A DNA stretch of 31,586 nucleotides from Nanobdellota archaeon (lineage in GTDB: Archaea > Nanobdellota > Nanobdellia > Woesearchaeales > GW2011-AR4), in contig JBBSWH010000017.1 of assembly GCA_038046385.1 (NCBI GenBank), positions 1-31,586 of the forward strand, read 5' to 3'. The notes below the pieces were generated by a model. The model saw only the letters and a list, made by a program, of their open reading frames with translations. It had not been told where the DNA came from and did no database searches. A program made the translations under genes and the position numbers. Below, piece by piece: positions 25,759-31,586 of this stretch; the stretch's first letter is position 1, and each line of letters begins with the position of its first letter.

Positions 25759-26280
25759 ATGGCCAGTGTTAGTTCTATATCGGAGGAAGCAATGATGCAA
25801 TATCATCTGTTTAGCAGAGAATGCAGGCATCACATTTCAAGAACAATATCGGATCATGCCAATTATCCTAACTTAAGGGGACCCAATACCAAAGGAAGCA
25901 AAAATGTGCCTCCGGAAACATACAAGGCAAGAATCAATATTTTAGGAAGGCCGATGGAAATGGAGCACACAGGAGAAAGAAGATTGAATGTGGGCGGACT
26001 TGAGGTGATTGTTGTCGTGCAAGCTCCTCTTGTAGATGCTTCAGATTACCTTAAGGGATTTGATATGGCTAATGGAGTTCCTATGAGGACTGTGATTGGA
26101 GATGACTTGCTTAAACTTCAGAATATTTCCAGAGAGATTCATGATAATTGGATAAATATAAATCCAAAAATGAAAAGTTTATTAGCTGAAGGGAGTTATT
26201 TGAGTTTCGTGCAGATGATGCTCCATGCAATAGACAATTCAATTGCAACAGCTAAGATAAAGTATAAACAAATGCACTAA
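25759..26280 (+). CDS. Hypothetical protein
   Basis: 173-aa ORF with TTTATAAA about 25 nt upstream; no motif recognised. Confidence 0.65.
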   Translation: MASVSSISEEAMMQYHLFSRECRHHISRTISDHANYPNLRGPNTKGSKNVPPETYKARINILGRPMEMEHTGERRLNVGGLEVIVVVQAPLVDASDYLKGFDMANGVPMRTVIGDDLLKLQNISREIHDNWININPKMKSLLAEGSYLSFVQMMLHAIDNSIATAKIKYKQMH

Positions 26281-26296
26281 CTTAAATTTTAATAAT

Positions 26297-26650
26297 ATGG
26301 CAAATCAAAAGTGGGTAAAAAAGCAGAAAAAAGCCAAAAGCTTTGAAGTAATCCCTGCAAAGAAGCATGATGACTATAGGGATTTTGTTCTGGACGACGG
26401 ATGCTACGTTCTTATAAAAATTTACAGAAAGACCGGAAACATAGGAGTTGGAATCTGCGACTATAAGCACACCATACTAAAGGAATTCCGCGGAAAAAGG
26501 GTACAGGACATTTACCATACAATATTTGCGTACAGCAACAAGCACAAAAAGAACTGGTTCAAAAGGCTGGATCATGCAGCATATCTCGGAAAAGAATTAA
26601 AGAAGGCAGAGATTGCGCTTGCAACAGGAAATGATTATGTTCAGGAATAA
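26297..26650 (+). CDS. Stand-alone DUF4346 domain protein
   Basis: D..G.Y.LI and RLDHAAYLGKELKKAEIAL..G.DYVQE motifs. Confidence 0.85.
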   Translation: MANQKWVKKQKKAKSFEVIPAKKHDDYRDFVLDDGCYVLIKIYRKTGNIGVGICDYKHTILKEFRGKRVQDIYHTIFAYSNKHKKNWFKRLDHAAYLGKELKKAEIALATGNDYVQE

Positions 26651-27513
26651 CTCCCTAGTTTTTTGATCTCTTCAACCATATCGCTTGCCAAATAAGTGAA
26701 GCCTTTTTTCTGTTTCAGAAGCAAATCTCCAATCTTTTTGTTGAAGTAAGACGCGTTGATTGCGCTCTGCACAATATCTTTTGACTGCGCAAGAAACCCT
26801 GCGCATAAACCAGCAAGAACATCCCCTGTTCCGCCTTTTGTCATGCCTGGGTTTCCGCCTTTAACATAAAGAATCTTATTTTTTGAGATTATAATGTCAA
26901 TTTTTCCCTTCAGTAAAATAATGTTGTTTTTTTCGAGAAAACTTTGAGTTAATTTTTTTATTGATATTGATTTTTTAACAATGCTTTTTTCGTTATTGAT
27001 TTGTTTTATTGCTTTTTTGTCTATTTTTGAATTCAATAAAAAGTATTCAAGCTCTTTTGCATGCGGCGTTATGATGGAGTTTTCCGTATCGTCCATTGAG
27101 ACTGCTTTTATCGCATCAGCGTCTATAACCTTAAGGTTTTTTATTTCTTTTACAGACTTTTTGCAGAATTTTTTTGTTTCATTTCGCATTCCAATTCCAT
27201 TTCCAATAAGAAAAACATCAAATTTTTCAGACTGTTTTTTTACTAATTGAAAACTTTCCAATGAGAAATGATTTTCTGCAATTTTTAATGTCACTAAATC
27301 AGGAGAATAAGCGTTTGAAGCTCTTGTAACATTTTCAGGCGCAATTATCTTTACAAGATCGCAGCCGCTTCTCAGTGCAGCCATCGAAGCGAGGATTACA
27401 GCGCCTGCATAATTCTCGCAGCCGCCGACAGCAAGAACATATCCGTTGTCCCCTTTGCGGCTTGCCGCTTTTCTTTGCGGAATCTTTATGTCTTTTTTTG
27501 TTATGAAGCGCAT
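26641..27513 (-). CDS. nnrD: ADP-dependent NAD(P)H-hydrate dehydratase
   Basis: SRKGDNG.VL.VGG, Y.GA, ALRSG.D, IGNGIG, VIDADA, ITPH..E, LLKG and GGTGDVLAG motifs. ATG at 27513 is preferred. Confidence 0.95.
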   Translation of the reverse strand: MRFITKKDIKIPQRKAASRKGDNGYVLAVGGCENYAGAVILASMAALRSGCDLVKIIAPENVTRASNAYSPDLVTLKIAENHFSLESFQLVKKQSEKFDVFLIGNGIGMRNETKKFCKKSVKEIKNLKVIDADAIKAVSMDDTENSIITPHAKELEYFLLNSKIDKKAIKQINNEKSIVKKSISIKKLTQSFLEKNNIILLKGKIDIIISKNKILYVKGGNPGMTKGGTGDVLAGLCAGFLAQSKDIVQSAINASYFNKKIGDLLLKQKKGFTYLASDMVEEIKKLGSYS

Positions 27514-27600
27514 AACCTTATTAATGCTTAATATTATATATACTTTTTGCAATATTATTTTCTTGGTTTTTGTTTCTTATCCAGCAATGGTTTTTTACGG

Positions 27601-28551
27601 TCAACTGGATTTAACTGCCCTTAAATCATCAAAATAAGAAGTGCCTGACGGGCCGCTTCCGGGAAGAGCGCCTCCACACCATTGGACTGTTGCAAAGAAC
27701 ATTAGGAATGTGTTCTTGCCGCTGTTGTAATTAGAGACTTGCACAAATGTCCAGTCGGTTGTCCCGGTTATCAAGGCGGAATTCTGCCATGATGCCCAGG
27801 AGGTATTTGCAATTCCTACTCCAGAAGCTCCGACTTCTCCGACGGTTTTTACCCATCCGGTAAGGCTATAGAGCGTGTTTTGCGCCACAGGTATGTCTTG
27901 AACATAATAATTATTGCAATAAGAATTGCTTCCTGAGATTATTGCGCTGTAAGCGCCGGATTTTGCAAAAGCAGTTGTCGCCCCCGCGGTGCCGCCTGCC
28001 CAATTATTCCAGCCTGAAAGGCTTCCTGCCTCAAATCCGGGATTCTGCAAAATAGTGTTTATGAATTGGTTGCTTTTTATGGTGGTGTATACAGAACCCT
28101 CTACAAGCTTGCTGAAAGAGCTGCTGCTTGATGCCTTATGATAAGTTAGTTTTATATCGATTTTTTCCTTGCTGTCGCGCATAAGCCCTTCCCCTGTAAA
28201 GCCGCACGATATGACTATATTTTTAGCAGCTCCGCTTTTCCACACAGCGCCAATTGCAGAGGAGGTACAGTCAGAAAGCTGAGTTGTTCCGGCAGATAAA
28301 TTGACAGAATCAATGATTATTGGCTCTCCGGCATTATTGGTCAGCATCAAGTCAATCCCGTTTACACTCATTAAATAATCTTTGCATCCGAATTCTGAGC
28401 CAAAGCTGCATCTGCTCGGCAATAGATTTTTTGGGCTTAGTATTCCAAAATATGCCAAAGCTCCAATAGCAATCAATATTATCAAAAAAGCCCACCCATA
28501 GGTTACAAGAAATTCCAATGCGGCTTGGCCTTTTTTAAGCGAAATATCCAT
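27601..28551 (-). CDS. Class III signal peptide pilin-like protein fused to a CBM4/9-like galactose-binding-like domain
   Basis: KKG|QAALEFLVTYGWA plus hydrophobic helix; C-terminal LQNPGFE.G...W, SG.YS, Y.LTGWVK, GTTDW and YFDDL motifs. Confidence 0.85.
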   Translation of the reverse strand: MDISLKKGQAALEFLVTYGWAFLIILIAIGALAYFGILSPKNLLPSRCSFGSEFGCKDYLMSVNGIDLMLTNNAGEPIIIDSVNLSAGTTQLSDCTSSAIGAVWKSGAAKNIVISCGFTGEGLMRDSKEKIDIKLTYHKASSSSSFSKLVEGSVYTTIKSNQFINTILQNPGFEAGSLSGWNNWAGGTAGATTAFAKSGAYSAIISGSNSYCNNYYVQDIPVAQNTLYSLTGWVKTVGEVGASGVGIANTSWASWQNSALITGTTDWTFVQVSNYNSGKNTFLMFFATVQWCGGALPGSGPSGTSYFDDLRAVKSS

Positions 28552-28656
28552 GTATTATAATCGCCTAAAAATCTTTTTAAGCTTTTTGGCTAGAACGTAA
28601 GTTATTCTGGCAAATCCGGCGTATGCAACAACAAATTTATACTATGGCTATTCTTT

Positions 28657-28758
28657 CTACTCCTGTACTTTTGCGTGCGCCTTGTGCAGCCTGTCGTGGT
28701 ATTTAACAACTTCTTCAATGCTCATCTCGTTTAATTCTTCTGCTGTGCATATTTTCAT
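28657..28758 (-). CDS. Micro-protein (33 aa); missed by the ORF track
   Basis: MKICTAEELNEMSIEEVVKYHDRLHKAHAKVQE* with SD GGGAGG upstream. Confidence 0.5.
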   Translation of the reverse strand: MKICTAEELNEMSIEEVVKYHDRLHKAHAKVQE

Positions 28759-28838
28759 AGTAAACCTCCCAATCGCTTTAGGATGGTAATACTGTGCAGC
28801 TTATTAACCTTTAGAACTGAAACATAATGAAAAAAGGA

Positions 28839-29426
28839 TTATAATCCAATATCAGCAACAACAACCCTTTCCTTGAACTGATCTAATCCTTGTTTCATGT
28901 CGTGAAAAGTCACAATCAGGTCTGCGTTGATGTACTTGTCAACTGTTTCTCCGGTGTCCGGGTCAATCCCAGTCGGAATGTCAACCGAAACTTTTGCTGC
29001 TTTTGAACCGTTTATGTCATCTATTATAGCCGAAATTTCCTTGTTTAATCTTCCTTTTATCCCGATGCCGAGGATTGCATCCACTATGATATCATAAGCG
29101 TCAAAATCGACTTCATCATCAATAAGAAACTGGATTTTGTCATTGCGTTCAATTTTTTTGTAGTTTGCAAGAGTCTCTTTTTTCATTCTTTTTTCATCGC
29201 CTATGAAAAGAATGTCCGTTTCAGCTTCGTCGCAAAGATGATTGGCCGCAACAAACCCATCGCCGCCGTTGTTTCCATGATAGCAGACAACAAGGACCCT
29301 TTTATTTTCCAGTCCAAATTTTTCCTTTATTGCATTGTAAACAGCCTTTCCGGCATTTTCCATAAGAACAGCCCTTGAAACTCCGCTTTCCTCTTCCAGC
29401 ATTTTTATGTCCTGAGATGTTATCAT
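28839..29426 (-). CDS. nnrE: NAD(P)H-hydrate epimerase (YjeF N-terminal domain)
   Basis: LMENAG, GNNGGDGFVAA, IVDAILGIG, SVDIPTG and ADL.VTF motifs. Confidence 0.95.
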   Translation of the reverse strand: MITSQDIKMLEEESGVSRAVLMENAGKAVYNAIKEKFGLENKRVLVVCYHGNNGGDGFVAANHLCDEAETDILFIGDEKRMKKETLANYKKIERNDKIQFLIDDEVDFDAYDIIVDAILGIGIKGRLNKEISAIIDDINGSKAAKVSVDIPTGIDPDTGETVDKYINADLIVTFHDMKQGLDQFKERVVVADIGL

Positions 29427-30217
29427 TTTGTTACAAGCGTTATTTTTTCAATTGCATCTTTGTTATTGTCAAACCTTTCTATCAAATTATTTATATCTTT
29501 TTCCGTCATATATCCGCATTCTGTTAAAAAATCCGTGAAATCTATTTTTTCAGCGTTCGCGAATCTCTTGATTAATAATTCATAAGGATAGTTCATTGCA
29601 GGCCTTATGATTTTTTTCTTCATCAAATCAACAATAACCTGATTTGACCATTCTATGGCAATATCATTCTGGACAGCGTTGATGAAAGAGCCATCGGGGA
29701 ATGCCTGATTTAAAAACCTTATCATTTCTTCATGTTTTTCTGGAATTATTGGAAGCATTTTTTCCATTGCTCCGCACTCTCCGAACATTCTGTCCTTGTT
29801 TTTTTCAGTGAACGGGCTTCTGTTAAAAGGGAATAATCTGCAGACATAAGCCCTTTTTGTGTGATAAATCGAGCATTTTCCGTCTTTCAGGAAATGGCAC
29901 GCATCCTTTTCTGTGTCCATAAAGTAGCTTAAAATTATTGCTTTGTTGGAATTCAAGTCAAGAATTGCCCTCAATGGCCTGATGTTTGCATCAACATTCG
30001 CTTCTTTCTGCCATTCCCTGAACCTTTTTGCTTCCCAGTCCCACAAAGGAAAGGTCATTCTTTCAATTAGAGCAACCTGAAAAACCGGAAGCTTGCCGAA
30101 AACATGCTCTTTTAGAAACTCAACATCTTCATGAGGCATCATGCCCCTTATGTGGCTGCAGCAGTTCCCGCAAGCGCTGCACTTGAAATTTAGGCCTTCT
30201 TGGATATGGATAAACAT
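29423..30217 (-). CDS. YkgJ/CxxCxxCC family cysteine-cluster protein
   Basis: FKCSACGNCC and CHFL.DGKCSIY..R..VCRLFPF motifs. Confidence 0.9.
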   Translation of the reverse strand: MFIHIQEGLNFKCSACGNCCSHIRGMMPHEDVEFLKEHVFGKLPVFQVALIERMTFPLWDWEAKRFREWQKEANVDANIRPLRAILDLNSNKAIILSYFMDTEKDACHFLKDGKCSIYHTKRAYVCRLFPFNRSPFTEKNKDRMFGECGAMEKMLPIIPEKHEEMIRFLNQAFPDGSFINAVQNDIAIEWSNQVIVDLMKKKIIRPAMNYPYELLIKRFANAEKIDFTDFLTECGYMTEKDINNLIERFDNNKDAIEKITLVTK

Positions 30218-30263
30218 TCTACTCTGGCTTTGAGCTTAGGCTATTTAAATTTTTATCAAACTT

Positions 30264-30427
30264 GGCGTTATTGAAAAGTTGAAGGTTGCCATCAATATGC
30301 GAAGCTTATCAAAAGAACGAATCGAGCATTTTTTGAGGTTCCAGAGAAAAAAATGCAATCCATCAATAAACTCCAAGCTGAGCGATGGCAACCCGAAGCT
30401 CAAAGCTGAGGACTTTTCAATAACGCC
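30264..30427 (+). repeat. Foldback element family A, copy 3
   Basis: 16-bp terminal IR GGCGTTATTGAAAAGT, inner GGTTGCCATC/GATGGCAACC, core GCGAAGCTT/AAGCTGAGC and side hairpin CGAAGCT-CAA-AGCTGAG. Flanked by TCAAACTT and TTAAACTT. Confidence 0.85.
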
Positions 30428-30521
30428 TTAAACTTTGAAAGGAGTATTGTAAGTTGTTTTATTTTCTATATCGAAATTAATACTTGCATAATAAAATTGG
30501 TTTTCCATAGTAAACTTTATA

Positions 30522-30640
30522 TACTTACATTGTAAGTACATATGTAATGGTCATATCTCTATCCTTAAAATACAAAATACGTATAAATTACGACTTAAAA
30601 CTAAAATTATTGAGTATTTTCTATACTTACATTGTAAGTA
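30522..30640. promoter_or_regulatory. Two identical palindromic operator-like sites TACTTAC-ATT-GTAAGTA
   Basis: Exact 17-bp copies at 30522-30538 and 30624-30640. The first overlaps a TTTATATA box. Confidence 0.8.
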
Positions 30641-30671
30641 TGATATTTTCATTAAAAATTGAGGGATATAT

Positions 30672-31097
30672 TTGAAAATTCCTCAACAAAATTCAAAATT
30701 AGAAAATATTTCTTATGTACCATTAGGAATATTGCGCGACCGTTCTGTTACTCCATTGGAAGCTATTGTAGTTTATTTCAAAAATTTAGGATTCTCTTTC
30801 AAGGAAATTTCTTTGATGATCAACAGGGACCCGAGAACAGTTTGGACCGTGTATCAAAGAACAACAAAGAAAAAAAAAGGAGAGTATTCTGAAAATAATT
30901 CAAAGCTTGAAAACATTTCTTATATTCCGTTACGCATATTCAAGAACCGTTCTGTTACTGCTCTCGAAGCGATTATCCTTTACCTTAAGGATTCCGGCTT
31001 TTCTTTCAAGGAGATATCTCTTTTGATTAACAGGGACCAGAGAACAGTATGGACTGTCCACCAAAGGGCAGTCAGAAAAGGGGTGCAGCATGAATAA
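30672..31097 (+). CDS. Tandem-duplicated HTH (sigma-70 region 4-like) DNA-binding protein
   Basis: Two ~70-aa repeats, each NSKLENISY.PL.I...RSVT.LEAI..Y.K..GFSFKEISL.INRD.RTVWTV.QR. Confidence 0.85.
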   Translation: MKIPQQNSKLENISYVPLGILRDRSVTPLEAIVVYFKNLGFSFKEISLMINRDPRTVWTVYQRTTKKKKGEYSENNSKLENISYIPLRIFKNRSVTALEAIILYLKDSGFSFKEISLLINRDQRTVWTVHQRAVRKGVQHE

Positions 31098-31578
31098 GCT
31101 AAACCCTGTGTTTAAGTTTGCTGCATTGTTCCTTGTTGTAATAATTGCACTTATGGGATTCCATTACATGAAGCCGCTTTTCACTGGTTTTGTTGTCAAT
31201 GAAAAAGAGAATGCTTATGTTGACAGAATAGGGCAGGAGTTCATCTCCAGTTCTGAATATGCATGGCAAAAAGAGAATAACGGAGCATTGAAGAGTTTCA
31301 AACTATCTGGAGCCATGGAGAATAACACTGCTGCAAAAATCTGGCTTGAAAGCGACGGAATAAGGTACCTTGTATTTGACACTGCAAAAACTGAAAGCAT
31401 TTCCGGAATAACCGGATTTGTTGTTGACGAGAACGGAAATGAGATAAACGCAACAGTAAACGAAACAATAGATGAAATATTAATCAATGAAACGATTGAA
31501 ATAAATGAAACAATAAACAACGAAACAATTTCAATAAATGACCTCCTCTCGCACCCTAAAGGGTGGAGTTTCCTTTAG
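31090..31578 (+). CDS. N-terminus of a membrane-anchored surface glycoprotein, apparently truncated by a hairpin element
   Basis: N-terminal TM helix, two TGFVV motifs and a run of N-x-T sequons (NAT, then NET four times). The sequence switches abruptly to hairpin-derived DLLSHPKGWSFL*. Confidence 0.7.
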   Translation: MNKLNPVFKFAALFLVVIIALMGFHYMKPLFTGFVVNEKENAYVDRIGQEFISSSEYAWQKENNGALKSFKLSGAMENNTAAKIWLESDGIRYLVFDTAKTESISGITGFVVDENGNEINATVNETIDEILINETIEINETINNETISINDLLSHPKGWSFL

Positions 31579-31586
31579 GTAAAAGC
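31541..31586. mobile_element. IS200/IS605-family end-like hairpin (no transposase in window)
   Basis: CCTCCTCTCG-CACCC-TAAA-GGGTG-GAGTTTCC resembles the subterminal hairpin pattern of IS200/IS605 ends. Confidence 0.6.

Noticed and set aside
28590-28758. Amber readthrough or alternative genetic code extending the 33-aa ORF
   Set aside because: Further in-frame TAG stops follow within a few codons, and all long genes translate cleanly with the standard code.
960-31520. Numerous antisense or alternate-frame ORFs in the track (e.g. 960..1232, 7894..8355, 11428..11952, 20147..20587, 25399..25653)
   Set aside because: They are shadows of well-supported genes on the opposite strand or frame and have no motifs.
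1-31586. CRISPR array
   Set aside because: No run of three or more equal repeats with unique spacers was seen. The repeats at 11427 and 30522/30624 are two-copy only, and there are no cas genes.

Overview
Archaeal chromosomal window, most likely from a DPANN lineage such as Woesearchaeota. This is inferred from archaeal uL16/L10e, eS6, aIF2-gamma, ZPR1, class III signal-peptide pilin-like genes and BRE/TATA promoters, alongside bacterial-type TpiA and a DUF1461/Lit-like gene. It holds about 35 CDS, six of them small ORFs missed by the supplied track, and two tRNA genes that each carry two introns: tRNA-Glu(UUC) and a rare tRNA-Ile(UAU). The most unusual signals are non-coding. First, three related 150-170 bp foldback elements have covarying stems and a conserved tandem G.A core. 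Second, a smaller tandem-GA plus GCCGAAGGC motif occurs twice beside C-poor, T-rich tracts. Third, an IS200/IS605-end-like hairpin motif disrupts genes at both window ends and also makes up the body of a canonical tRNA intron. Notable proteins are a 760-aa TIM barrel with a full endonuclease IV-like metal-ligand pattern and a ~290-aa insertion, its uncharacterised neighbour, a stalked membrane-anchored lipase-like hydrolase, and a pilin fused to a carbohydrate-binding module. No CRISPR array, transposase or integrase was seen. All family calls come from motif recognition by eye, not from database searches.
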